A DNA stretch of 56,468 bases from Dehalococcoidia bacterium (GCA_021157895.1 JAGGVQ010000007.1:1-56468), one strand, 5' to 3'. Positions 36,233-47,214 are shown, counted from the stretch's first letter. Numbers and translations are program-made. Notes: generated by a model from the letters alone, not told the origin.

Positions 36233-37096
36233 ATGGCTAGTATTCAAGTTCTTCGTCGACGGATACGCAGTATCCAGGGGACTCAGAAGATATGTCGTGC
36301 AATGGAGATGATTGCTACCTCCAAGATGCGTCGTACCCAGGATAAAGCAATAGAGGGAAGACCTTACTCTGAGAAGATCAGCCAGGTGATTGCTGATCTT
36401 GCTGCACGTCCTCAGGCTGGCGAAGATCTAACGCCTTTATTGCAGAAGAGGGAAGCAGGTAGAATCGGCATAGTTTATTTCACCACTGATCGAGGTCTGT
36501 GCGGTGGTTTAAACGCCAATCTAAATCGGATGATGGCCAGGTTCATCCTGGAGCAGAGTGTGCCAATCAGCGTGGTAACTGTGGGGCGCAAGGGGCGAGC
36601 ATTCATGCTGCGGAGTGGGCAGAATATTCGTGCTGAGTTTTCTGGCATTAGTGATCGTCCGACCTTGTTAGAAACCTTACCCATATCACGTGTGGTTATA
36701 GAGGACTATGTGAAGGGCGAAGTGGATGTGGTGTACATGGTTTATCCTCGTTTTGTCACTACCATGGAGCAATGTCCGTCGATGGACATATTACTTCCTG
36801 TTGAGGTAGCACAGGCGTCATCATCTTCCTCGGTGGAGTATATCTATGAGCCCGGACCCGCTGCTGTCTTGAATGAGTTGCTGCCGAGGTATGTCGAGAT
36901 GAAAATATATCATACCATGCTGGAGCTTATTGCCAGTGAGCAATCGGCGAGAATGGTAGCCATGCGCAATGCCAGTGATAATGCCCAGGATGTAACTGAG
37001 GACTTAACCCTGATGTTGAATAAAGTGCGGCAGGAGATTATTACCAAGGAGATATGTGATATCAGCGGTGGGGCGGAAGCCTTAGCTGGCACTTAG
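36233..37096 (+). CDS. atpG: F1 ATP synthase subunit gamma
   Basis: KICRAMEMIA, DRGLCGG.N, SEQSARMVAM..A.DNA, RQEIITKEI. Confidence 0.97.
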   Translation: MASIQVLRRRIRSIQGTQKICRAMEMIATSKMRRTQDKAIEGRPYSEKISQVIADLAARPQAGEDLTPLLQKREAGRIGIVYFTTDRGLCGGLNANLNRMMARFILEQSVPISVVTVGRKGRAFMLRSGQNIRAEFSGISDRPTLLETLPISRVVIEDYVKGEVDVVYMVYPRFVTTMEQCPSMDILLPVEVAQASSSSSVEYIYEPGPAAVLNELLPRYVEMKIYHTMLELIASEQSARMVAMRNASDNAQDVTEDLTLMLNKVRQEIITKEICDISGGAEALAGT

Positions 37097-37114
37097 AAGG
37101 AGGTCATTAATTAG

Positions 37115-38508
<1,394 letters not shown>

Positions 38509-38509
<1 letters not shown>

Positions 38510-38940
38510 TGGCTACTATAAAGCTGGAAATAGTTACTGCGGAGAAGGTTATTTACTCCGACGATGTCAGTGAGGTAGTTGTCTGGGGAATTGAAGGGCA
38601 GATGGGCATTCTTCCCCATCATGCTCCGTTGGCAACGATACTCCGACCGGGAGATTTGCTCATCAAGAAGGATAATGAGGAGGAGTATTTCTTCGCCAGT
38701 GGAGGCTTTCTCGAGGTGACTGCTGATAAAATAATTATACTGGCTGATGCCTGTGAACGTGCTGAGGAGATAGATATCGCTCGTGCAGAAGAAGCCAAAC
38801 GTCGTGCAGAAGCTACCCTTAGGGAACAGCCATCCAGTGTTGATATGGCAGCTACCGAAGCTGCTCTACGCCGATCTTTAGTCAGGTTAAAAGTAGCGGA
38901 AAAAAGGCGCACCAGACGTACTAGCCGTAGCAACACATAA
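38509..38940 (+). CDS. atpC: F1 ATP synthase subunit epsilon
   Basis: G.MGILPHHAPL, SGGFLEV, C-terminal helical hairpin. Confidence 0.96.
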
Positions 38941-38975
38941 CTTTCCCACGTGAGGGGGGTATGTTGTTTCCGCGC

Positions 38976-39203
38976 TTAGATTATCTCTAACTTTACCTGG
39001 GTTTCTGCTCTGGCAGCTTTGACACGAAGTAAAGTACGCATTGCCTCAGCCACACGACCCTGTTTACCAATGACCCGACCCTTGTCGTCAGGGGCTACCT
39101 CGAGCTTAAGTATCAATCCCCTGTCGTCGGTCTCCTCAGTGAGGCTGACCTTGTCTGGCTCGGCCACAATGGATTTAACGATGTATTCTATGAGTTCCTT
39201 CAT
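38976..39203 (-). CDS. khpA: KH-domain RNA-binding protein
   Basis: MKELIEYIVKSIV..P, D.GRVIGKQG; follows rpsP. Confidence 0.92.
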   Translation of the reverse strand: MKELIEYIVKSIVAEPDKVSLTEETDDRGLILKLEVAPDDKGRVIGKQGRVAEAMRTLLRVKAARAETQVKLEII

Positions 39204-39225
39204 TTCTTCTCCTTGCTGGTTGAAT

Positions 39226-39498
39226 TTAGCTTAAGGCTCTCTTCTTCTGCTCAAATTTCTCCAGGATGCCCAGTTGACCCAGCAGGCTGCGAACAGTGTC
39301 TGTGGCTTGAGCTCCTTGGGTAAGCCAGTTCAGAGCCTTTTCCTCATTGATGTCAACATGGGCGGGATTGGCCAGGGGATCATAGTGACCAATGACCTCA
39401 ATAAACCTGCCATCCCGCGGTGAGCGGCTGTCAGCTACAACTATCCGGTAAGAGGGCTTGTGAATAGCTCCTACTCTGCGCAATCTAATCTTAACCAA
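39226..39498 (-). CDS. rpsP: 30S ribosomal protein S16
   Basis: VKIRLRR.G...[24 protein letters not shown]. Confidence 0.97.
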   Translation of the reverse strand: MVKIRLRRVGAIHKPSYRIVVADSRSPRDGRFIEVIGHYDPLANPAHVDINEEKALNWLTQGAQATDTVRSLLGQLGILEKFEQKKRALS

Positions 39499-39506
39499 GG
39501 TGGCAT

Positions 39507-39535
39507 ATTATCTCTTAACTGCATGCACTTGTCAA
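39507..39535 (-). promoter_or_regulatory. promoter of rpsP (near-leaderless)
   Basis: TTGACA-N17-GATAAT, then 8 nt to the TTG start; no SD. Confidence 0.65.
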
Positions 39536-39669
39536 TGGCTTGTGGTGGTTAACCACAGAGGCGACACTGGGCTACGGATTTTAGCAAGTTCTTTTTCAAT
39601 GTGCTCTATGGGAGCAAGGTAGCCAAGAGATTAGCGCGGACGGTTGGAGTTATTCTCAATAAGCCAGTT
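39532..39669 (-). mobile_element. degenerate IS481/IS3-like transposase C-terminal remnant with probable IS end
   Basis: Minus frame NWLIENNSNRPR*SLGYLAPIEHIEKELAKIRSPVSPLWLTTT resembles the integrase-core tail (W...YN..RPH.SLGY..P); in-frame TAA at 39631-39633; ends ...ACA at 39541, like the TGT-type terminus of IS481. Confidence 0.65.
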
Positions 39670-39675
39670 TCTATC

Positions 39676-40803
39676 CTATGGAGTGTCCCTAGGCACCCGC
39701 ACGATCAAAGATGTCCCTCTTCCTGGTGTTGATTTCATTTCAATAGTGCCGTTCGCTAGCAGGGCTCGCTGTTTCATTCCAGCTAAACCAAGCTTCCCCA
39801 TACTAGTAAAGTCTCCTTGCTCAGGCAACTTAAACCCTTTGCCGTTGTCATTAACAGCTAAAACAATCTCATCATCTCCAAATTCTAGTGTAATCCAAGC
39901 ATGTGATGCTTCTGCATGTCTTCTGGTATTAGTTAATGCCTCTTGGGCAATGCGGAATAATAAGAGTTCTATCTCAGTGGGCAATCCTCTTTCACTACCT
40001 ATCATCTTAACCTGGATATCAAGTCCGTATTTTTGGGTTAGGTCTTCCGCCATCCACTCCAGTGTTGCTAATAAGCCGAGTTGGTCTAGTATGGGGGGTC
40101 TTAAGTCCTGAACACAGCGCCGCAAGTCTTCTAATGCCCCAATCGCCTGGCTGTGCAGCTTCTCTAAAGATTGTATAAGGGGCTCGCCAGATAACTTCTC
40201 TTCTTCAGTTGAAGTGAGAAAATCTAGGCCCTGCGTGAGAAGGAGCAGGGATTGAGCAAGCTCGTCATGCAATTCCCGGGCAATGCGCGCTCTTTCCTCC
40301 TCCTGCGCTTTGGTAATCTGCTGGACATAAAGACGAGATCTGTTCTCCATATGTCTCCGTTCAGTCACATCCTGTAAGGTCTCTATGGCTCCTATTATTT
40401 CTCCATCGTTATTCTTAACAGGGCTTGCCATAAAATGAAGCCATCTGCCGTTCTCTCCAAGCTGCGGGAAGAAATCTTCGGCTTCGTAGGCACCATCAAT
40501 CAAGGAAGATTTCTTGCCTTTATCCTGGTAGTATTGTTCTATTTCAGCAATAGAGGTTTTGTCTACTATTAAATCAGCCAGAGTTGGCCTCTTCTCAGTG
40601 TAGAATGCCACCCATTGCCTATCTGTCCCGACCACTTTTTCCCTTTTTGCGCCGGAGAGAGATTCGAGCGCTATATTCCAGTGAACGATTTTGTGCTGCT
40701 CATTGATGGTAAATGTCGGAATTGGGGAGCCATCAATGATTTTGCAGGTTATTTCTGACTCTGCTCCCTTTTGCTCAGTAAGTTTGATTTTTGATTCTGT
40801 CAA
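39676..40803 (-). CDS. soluble PAS-domain sensor histidine kinase (HisKA_3/NarX-DegS type)
   Basis: PAS (IVHWN..LE.LSG...VVG; IGAIETLQDVTER), EERARIARELHD H-box, QEALTN, DNGKGF, GLAGM; no TM segment; TTG 40803 after GGAGG. Confidence 0.92.
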   Translation of the reverse strand: MTESKIKLTEQKGAESEITCKIIDGSPIPTFTINEQHKIVHWNIALESLSGAKREKVVGTDRQWVAFYTEKRPTLADLIVDKTSIAEIEQYYQDKGKKSSLIDGAYEAEDFFPQLGENGRWLHFMASPVKNNDGEIIGAIETLQDVTERRHMENRSRLYVQQITKAQEEERARIARELHDELAQSLLLLTQGLDFLTSTEEEKLSGEPLIQSLEKLHSQAIGALEDLRRCVQDLRPPILDQLGLLATLEWMAEDLTQKYGLDIQVKMIGSERGLPTEIELLLFRIAQEALTNTRRHAEASHAWITLEFGDDEIVLAVNDNGKGFKLPEQGDFTSMGKLGLAGMKQRALLANGTIEMKSTPGRGTSLIVRVPRDTP

Positions 40804-41479
40804 CCTCTCCCTCCTCTTGGGGGATATCGTCAAGAGTAATATATCCTTCCCTAAATGCTTTAACTACCATCTCAGTACGGCATCTACAATTCATTTTGGT
40901 AAAGATGTTAGTCAAGTGAGCTTTTACGGTGCGCAAGCTGAGAAACAGATTGGTGGCAATTTCGTTGTTGTTCATCCCTCTAGCCGCTAGCCTCAGAATT
41001 TCAATTTCCTTAGTGGTTAGCTGCACATCAACCTGCTTTCCACCGGTCTCCTTTCCAGTTGCATGTTGCAAAAGCCGGCGGGTTACCGCCGGGTCAAGCA
41101 CAGCCTCACCGGAATAGGTAGCACGGATAGCCCTGGCAATCTCGCTGCTGCGTGCGCTCTTCAGTAAATAGCCACAGGCGCCGGCCTCCAGAAGGCCAAT
41201 AACGTAGTGGATATCGTTATAGGCAGTCAATACCAGTACTGCTGTAGGCGGGCTTGCCTGCTTAATTAATTTTGTAGCCTCAATGCCATTAAGCTTGGGC
41301 ATGACAATATCCATTAAGACTAAATCGGGCTTTAGCTCACTGCCTAACCTGGCCGCCTCCTCACCATCACCAGCCTCTCCGACTACTTCAAAGTCCTTTT
41401 CTCTCTCAAGCAGTTTACGCATGCCTTCCCTTAGCACGGCATGGTCATCGGCAATTAGAATACTTATCTTCGTCTTAAT
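40775..41479 (-). CDS. NarL/LuxR-family response regulator (probable ATT start)
   Basis: In-frame extension IKTKISILIADDHAVLREG supplies beta1 and the DD pocket; VLMDIVMP, GYLLK, LT.KE.EIL...G..N.EIA..L.LS.RTVK.H. Confidence 0.9.
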   Translation of the reverse strand: MKTKISILIADDHAVLREGMRKLLEREKDFEVVGEAGDGEEAARLGSELKPDLVLMDIVMPKLNGIEATKLIKQASPPTAVLVLTAYNDIHYVIGLLEAGACGYLLKSARSSEIARAIRATYSGEAVLDPAVTRRLLQHATGKETGGKQVDVQLTTKEIEILRLAARGMNNNEIATNLFLSLRTVKAHLTNIFTKMNCRCRTEMVVKAFREGYITLDDIPQEEGEVDRIKNQTY

Positions 41480-41549
41480 ATGGCCTTCCTTACGTTTGAT
41501 TACTCAGCTAATTCTAAACTATCCGGCGGATAATATCGACAAGATAGTG

Positions 41550-41601
41550 GACTTTAGGGCGCATGGAATTACGACTTTAGGGCGCATGGAATTACGACTT
41601 T
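41550..41601 (+). repeat. 23-bp tandem direct repeat (2 perfect copies plus a partial third)
   Basis: GACTTTAGGGCGCATGGAATTAC at 41550 and 41573, then GACTTT at 41596; lies in the divergent promoter region. Confidence 0.95.
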
Positions 41602-41645
41602 GGGACGCTGTATGGGGTCGTGTCGGCAAGTACTATATAAGTGAA

Positions 41646-41882
41646 ATGATGAATATGACATTGGTGGTGAAAAAGAGAGAGCCTATCACTAAGGATAGAA
41701 GGCTGAAACGGAAAATGAGAATCCTGACAATACTAGCCAGAGCTGCAGATGATAGCGAGTGCTTAATTTTAACCCGGGAGGAGATGGTGGCACTGGTTAG
41801 GGGGGACATAGGGAGAATAGAGAGTTGGCTGGATAAATTAGACAAACGGCATCCAATTAGGCTATGGCACCAATTAAGCTGA
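41646..41882 (+). CDS. hypothetical small protein (start 41646 or 41715)
   Basis: 3' part of the 41283..41882 frame, downstream of TACTAT at 41631; reads MRILTILARAADDSECLILTREEMVALVRG...; no homology recognised. Confidence 0.45.
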   Translation: MMNMTLVVKKREPITKDRRLKRKMRILTILARAADDSECLILTREEMVALVRGDIGRIESWLDKLDKRHPIRLWHQLS

Positions 41883-41953
41883 GAGAAATGAACGAACAAC
41901 TAGCCGTTAAGTGTCGAGGCCAAGGAAAAATACAAGGAAACAGGAGGTGAAAA

Positions 41954-42322
41954 ATGAAGGTTTTAGTGAAGGAGCCAGAAAGGATTGATGGGAGATCTGT
42001 TCAAACTGGGAGCCTTGTTGCTGCTAGATGGCAAAGTAGCAAAGACTATGCTGTGGGTATTGTAAGTGAGGATCCAGGCAGCCTGTTTAATGAAGAGCAT
42101 CTTAAGAGGGCGACACATGTTGTTCTGCTTAAGAAAGCTTCTGAAGTCACGGCGATAGTCAATAAAGCTAAGAAGGCTTTCTGGGAAAGCGTAGTCCAGG
42201 ACTTTCCGGAGGGAGAATCTAGGCCATATGCGCCATACTCAACCATAGATTTCGATGATGCTTGTAGGAGAGCTCTTCATAACTGGCTAAATCTGCAATA
42301 TTCTCTTTCCCTTAGCAATTAG
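41954..42322 (+). CDS. hypothetical protein (122 aa)
   Basis: Strong AGGAGGTG RBS; globular-looking sequence with C-terminal AFWESVVQDFPE...DFDDACRRALHNWL; no family recognised. Confidence 0.75.
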   Translation: MKVLVKEPERIDGRSVQTGSLVAARWQSSKDYAVGIVSEDPGSLFNEEHLKRATHVVLLKKASEVTAIVNKAKKAFWESVVQDFPEGESRPYAPYSTIDFDDACRRALHNWLNLQYSLSLSN

Positions 42323-42384
42323 CAGGAAGGCAAGAGTTAATGGAGCAACTAACCATGTGAACGCGCGACGGCAACAGCAAATGA

Positions 42385-42639
<255 letters not shown>

Positions 42640-42664
42640 GAAAGCGGTTGATGCTCTGGCACCA

Positions 42665-42703
42665 CAGAAAGGCGAGGTTATCCCTCGCCTTTCTGCTAAT
42701 TTT
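42665..42703 (+). terminator. intrinsic terminator after the orphan atpE
   Basis: 13-bp perfect stem CAGAAAGGCGAGG-TTATC-CCTCGCCTTTCTG followed by a T-rich tail. Confidence 0.8.
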
Positions 42704-42863
42704 AGAGGGTTTTGCTCTCGGTGCATGGGAACGAGCTCCCACCAATCTCAACTCAATTACTTGAAGCTAAATTAACCATACCGTAAGTGTTCCCCGTGTA
42801 TCTCAGCCTCTGCATGGCGTGATTGTTTGGGTATGCTACGGGGATAGTTTATAATTCGGCGGA

Positions 42864-43565
42864 ATGCAGGTACACCAATTACACCGCTGGGACATGTCAT
42901 ACACTGAGGCGAAACAAGTCCAGTCGAGTTTGGCCCGGAAGGTGATAATGGAGGGAGAGGATATCGCCCCTCATCTCATTGCGGGTGTGGATATCTCTAC
43001 CCATGGGCCCCAGAATATGGCGCAGGCAGCGGTGGTAGTACTCGACTATCCCTCTCTTAAATTAGTTGAGGTGGCAACCAGTCAGGCCATACCTGCTATA
43101 CCTTATATCCCGGGTCTGTTATCCTTTCGTGAATGTCCGTTGATTCTGGCAGCGTGTGAGAAGGTAATGAATATTCCTGATATCATGCTGGTTGATGGAC
43201 AGGGAGTGGCTCATCCCAGGAGGTTTGGCCTGGCGTCTCACCTGGGGCTTTTTTTGGATATTCCCACTGTGGGATGCGCCAAGTCCATCCTTTGTGGCCA
43301 GCATGGGGTTCTGGCTGATGAGGCTAGCGCACATGCCGATTTAATTGATAATGGCGAGCTTATTGGGGCAGCTTTGAGAACCAGGGCGAAGGTGAAACCG
43401 ATATATGTATCTGTGGGGCACAAGATCAGCCTGGCCTCCGCTTTATATTGGGTGATGAAAGTCTGTCGTGGCTATCGTCTTCCTGAACCAACTCGCCTGG
43501 CTCACCTTGCCGCCGGCGGCAATTTACCTGTCCAGCATCGGTATCAGCCGGATATATTTCATTAA
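42864..43565 (+). CDS. nfi: endonuclease V
   Basis: AGVD, YIPGLLSFRE, LVDGQG.AHPRRFGLASHLG, YRLPEPTRLAH. Confidence 0.96.
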   Translation: MQVHQLHRWDMSYTEAKQVQSSLARKVIMEGEDIAPHLIAGVDISTHGPQNMAQAAVVVLDYPSLKLVEVATSQAIPAIPYIPGLLSFRECPLILAACEKVMNIPDIMLVDGQGVAHPRRFGLASHLGLFLDIPTVGCAKSILCGQHGVLADEASAHADLIDNGELIGAALRTRAKVKPIYVSVGHKISLASALYWVMKVCRGYRLPEPTRLAHLAAGGNLPVQHRYQPDIFH

Positions 43566-43580
43566 CTGGAGGAGAGCATT

Positions 43581-44682
43581 ATGCAACAGCAACGAGACAT
43601 GTTAAGGGCCTTGCGCCGCAGGATTTCCGATATCATGGTGCATCTTTGACATCCCTGCTAAAGAAAAGGAAATTACCAGGATAGAGCAGGAGTCAGCCAG
43701 TCCTGACTTCTGGCACTCGCCGGCAAAGGCTCAGACTATCATGCGCCACCTGGGGACCATGAAGAACCAGGTTCACACCTGGCGTAGCCTGGAGAGGAAA
43801 GTTGCTGATCTCTATGATGTCGCTGCATTAGCGGTGGAGGAGGGTGACTCTTCCCTTGAGCCAGAAGTAGACCGGGAATTGAGCGAGTTAACTGCACAGT
43901 TTGATGGCCTTGAGAGTCAGCTAATGTTCAGCAGTGACTATGATAGACGCAATGCCATTATTTCTCTTCATTCTGGAGCTGGAGGGATAGAATCGCAGGA
44001 TTGGGCTAGCATGTTGCTCAGGATGTATCTCAGGTGGGCCGAGCGACACCATTACCAGACCGAGATCTTGGATAGCTCTCCCGGGGAAGAGGCTGGCATC
44101 AAAAGTGCTGTCGTCGAGGTCAAGGGAGAATATGCCTATGGCTATCTCAGGGGTGAACGTGGGGTGCATAGATTGGTACGGCTTTCTCCCTTTGATGCTG
44201 ATCATGCACGGCATACATCCTTTGCCCTGGCAGAGGTCATCCCTGAAGCGGAGGGGGTGCTGGATATTGACATAAACCCGGCAGACTTGAAGGTGGAAAC
44301 CTTTCGGTCGAGTGGGCCTGGAGGGCAACATATGCAAAAGACGAGCAGTGCTGTGAGAATAACTCACCTGCCCACGGGGATAGTGGCAACGTGCCAGGAA
44401 GGCCGGTCTCAGTACCAGAATAAGGAAGTTGCCCAGAGAATTCTTTATGCTCGGCTCCTGGACAGGGAAATAAAGATCAGGGAGAAAGAAAGTGATACGC
44501 TCAGGGGCGAGCATGTTGATGCTGCCTGGGGCAACCAGATCAGGAGTTATGTCCTGCACCCATACCAGATGGTGAAGGACCATCGCACGGGATATGAGAC
44601 TGGCAATGCGGAGGCGGTACTGGATGGGAACCTGGATAAACTTATCGATGCCTATCTGCGTTTTGAGGTTGGAGAGAAATGA
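43581..44682 (+). CDS. prfB: peptide chain release factor 2 (programmed +1 frameshift)
   Basis: ATG 43581 after GGAGGAG; 22 codons to CTT-TGA-C (43644-43650); the +1 frame continues DIPAKEKEI...PDFW into the tracked ORF; SPF and GGQ motifs. Confidence 0.96.
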
Positions 44683-45911
44683 TTAAGCGCATCATCGCAT
44701 TTTGCTTGAGCCTGCTATTCATGTTTCTTCTTGTTCCTGCCTCAACTCTGGCTGATAGCGGTATCTCCGTAGTAAACAGCAGCGTGGAACTGAATTTTCC
44801 CCATCAAATTACCTTCCATCTTGTATCTGAAAGCGATGCCAACATTACTGGCGCACGCCTTCACTATCAGGTGGACAAGATGAACTATGCCAATGTGACC
44901 AGTGAGGGCTGGGCAAATTTTGTTCCCGCTAAAAGGGTAGATACCACGTGGGAGTGGAACATGGCGTATTCCAGCCTGCCTCCGGGGGCAGCAGTAACAT
45001 ACTGGTGGACAATCGAGGATGCTGATGGAGATTACCTGGAGACCTCGCCTGCGATGGTATGTTTTAACGATACTCGCTATGAGTGGCAGAGCCTGACCGA
45101 GGACAATCTTAGTCTCTTCTGGTATGAAGGAAGCGAATCGTTTGGCCGGGAGTTGATGGCGGCCTGCCACCAGGGGCTGGCGCGGATACACCAGAACACT
45201 GGTGCCTATCCCCATGGCAATATCAAGGTGTATATCTATGACTCTGCTGCTGCTTTACAGGGAGCCATGCTTTACCCCCAGGAGTGGTTGGGGGGTGTAG
45301 CCTTCAGCCAGTTTGGTATTGTCGCCCTTGGTGCTTCCCCGGAAAACCTGGAGTGGGGCAAGAGAACCATAGCTCATGAATTAACACATGTGGTGGTACA
45401 TCAACTTACCTTTAGCCCTTACTGTGATCTGCCCACCTGGCTGGATGAAGGACTGGCCATGTACAGTGAAGGAAGGCTTGATCCTTTCTTGCAGTTGCGA
45501 TTGAATCAAGCTATCTCTAGCGATGAACTTATCTCGGTACGCACGCTATCCAGTCCCTTCCCTGCTGATATTGATATGGCCTATCTTTCCTATGCTGAGA
45601 GCTACAGCGTTGTACAGTATCTCATCAGCAACTATGGTCAGTACGACATGCTCCAGTTCCTCGGTGTGTTGAAACAGGGCAGCACCTGTGACCAGGCCTT
45701 GAGCCGGGTATATGGATTTGATGTCGATGGACTGGATAGTCAGTGGCAGGAGTCACTGTCAACTTCTCCCGTGAAAACGGATGATTCGTATCCTTATCCG
45801 GTCCTGATTGCTACTGTAGCGGCACTGGCTACTGCGCTGGCCCTGGCTGGAGCTTTAGCGCTGGAAGATTGGTCCTGGCGAAGGATGTCCCGGAAACGCG
45901 AGAAAAAATGA
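44679..45911 (+). CDS. secreted, membrane-anchored peptidase MA (gluzincin) metalloprotease
   Basis: Signal peptide, AHELTH...WLDEGLA zinc motif, C-terminal TM and basic tail. Confidence 0.85.
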   Translation: MIKRIIAFCLSLLFMFLLVPASTLADSGISVVNSSVELNFPHQITFHLVSESDANITGARLHYQVDKMNYANVTSEGWANFVPAKRVDTTWEWNMAYSSLPPGAAVTYWWTIEDADGDYLETSPAMVCFNDTRYEWQSLTEDNLSLFWYEGSESFGRELMAACHQGLARIHQNTGAYPHGNIKVYIYDSAAALQGAMLYPQEWLGGVAFSQFGIVALGASPENLEWGKRTIAHELTHVVVHQLTFSPYCDLPTWLDEGLAMYSEGRLDPFLQLRLNQAISSDELISVRTLSSPFPADIDMAYLSYAESYSVVQYLISNYGQYDMLQFLGVLKQGSTCDQALSRVYGFDVDGLDSQWQESLSTSPVKTDDSYPYPVLIATVAALATALALAGALALEDWSWRRMSRKREKK

Positions 45912-46600
45912 GAGACAGAAACAGCTTCACGGTACATGATCTCCCCCTTGATGAGCGTCCCCGGGAGAGATTGCTCAAGCTGGGCGGCGAAGCCCTGTCG
46001 GCCCAGGAAATACTGGCTCTGATCCTGGGGAGAGGGGGTAATGGCGAGTCGGTCATGGTCACGGCGCAAAGACTGTTGAGCCATTTTGGTAACCTTCGAA
46101 AGATTGCCGCTGCCCCCATCCAGGAATTGGTTGGAATAAAAGGCATTGGACTGGCAAAGGCCGCGCAGCTCAAGGCTGCCGGAGAGATGGGGAAGCGGTT
46201 AGAAGATGAGGGTCAGGGGATTAATCCAGTAATCAAATCTCCTGAGGCAGCCTTCAATTATGTGAAAGGGAGACTGAAGGGCAAGAAAAAGGAGCATTTT
46301 CTTGTTCTCTGCCTGGACACCAGGAAGAGGCTGATTGCCTGTAACACGATATCGGTTGGCAGCCTTGATACCAGCCTGGCTCATCCCCGGGAGGTGTTCC
46401 GGGATGCCATTTCTGCGAGCTCCGCTTCGGTGATTTTTGTGCACAACCATCCATCGGGAAGCACCGAGCCGTCGCGGGAGGATATTGAATTAACTCACCG
46501 GCTGGTCAAGGCGGGTGAGGTTATCGGAATTGAAGTCGTGGATCATGTTATCGTCTGCGATAGCAGCTACCTGAGTCTCAAATCCAGGCAATTGTTATAG
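45908..46600 (+). CDS. radC: RadC/JAB-domain protein
   Basis: ERPRERL...G.EALS..E.LA, HhH GIG.AKA, HPREVF, HNHPSG...PS.ED, DHVI. Confidence 0.95.
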   Translation: MRDRNSFTVHDLPLDERPRERLLKLGGEALSAQEILALILGRGGNGESVMVTAQRLLSHFGNLRKIAAAPIQELVGIKGIGLAKAAQLKAAGEMGKRLEDEGQGINPVIKSPEAAFNYVKGRLKGKKKEHFLVLCLDTRKRLIACNTISVGSLDTSLAHPREVFRDAISASSASVIFVHNHPSGSTEPSREDIELTHRLVKAGEVIGIEVVDHVIVCDSSYLSLKSRQLL

Positions 46601-46608
46601 GGGGGGGA

Positions 46609-47211
46609 ATGTATTATATCGAGGAGCATCCCAACAGGCGAATGAAGATAGTAGTCGGGGTTTTGATTGCTGTCTGTGTTTTTCTATCTGTCCTTCTTGC
46701 TGGTTCCTATAACAAGCTGGCATCAGCGGGAGCCATGTTTGCATCTATGCAGGAAGAGCAGGAGTCAATACAGGCGGAGCTGGTGTCAACCCAGGAAGAA
46801 TTGCTCTCGGTGCAGGCTGAATTATCCAGTTTGCAGGATAACTATGACAGCCTGGCCAGCGGTTATATATATCGAAATCCTACCTATGCAGAGATGAAAT
46901 CCTTCATTGCCACGGACCATACCAATTTGAATGAATATAAAGTTGGGCAATATACCTGCATAGATTTTGCCGCTGATGTCAAGCAACATGCCATGGGACA
47001 GAATTTTCGCTGTGCCCTGGTCGAGATTGAATTTCCTGGTGGTGCTCATGCTCTGGTAGCATTTGATACTACTGACCAGGGAAGGATTTACATAGAGCCT
47101 CAGAATGATAAAGAGGCGCAGGTGTTTATTGGTGAGAAATACTGGGAGCAGTGGTCAAGCTACTACTCTTCTTATGATGATACTATAGAGCGGATCCGGG
47201 TTATCTGGTAG
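46609..47211 (+). CDS. membrane-anchored coiled-coil protein with putative papain/transglutaminase-like C-terminal domain
   Basis: TM helix, heptad Q/E-rich stalk, YTCIDFA...GAHALVAF...YIEPQND (Cys/His/acid). Confidence 0.7.
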   Translation: MYYIEEHPNRRMKIVVGVLIAVCVFLSVLLAGSYNKLASAGAMFASMQEEQESIQAELVSTQEELLSVQAELSSLQDNYDSLASGYIYRNPTYAEMKSFIATDHTNLNEYKVGQYTCIDFAADVKQHAMGQNFRCALVEIEFPGGAHALVAFDTTDQGRIYIEPQNDKEAQVFIGEKYWEQWSSYYSSYDDTIERIRVIW

Positions 47212-47214
47212 ATA

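Noticed and set aside
41550-41601. CRISPR array
   Set aside because: Repeats are directly adjacent with no spacers, and there are no cas genes.
41283-41645. N-terminal part of the 199-aa plus-strand ORF
   Set aside because: Overlaps the response regulator antisense and the repeat/promoter region; only the 3' part is plausibly coding.
45908-46600. radC as marker of a mobile element
   Set aside because: Full-length form with HhH domain in an operon with prfB; no mobility genes nearby.
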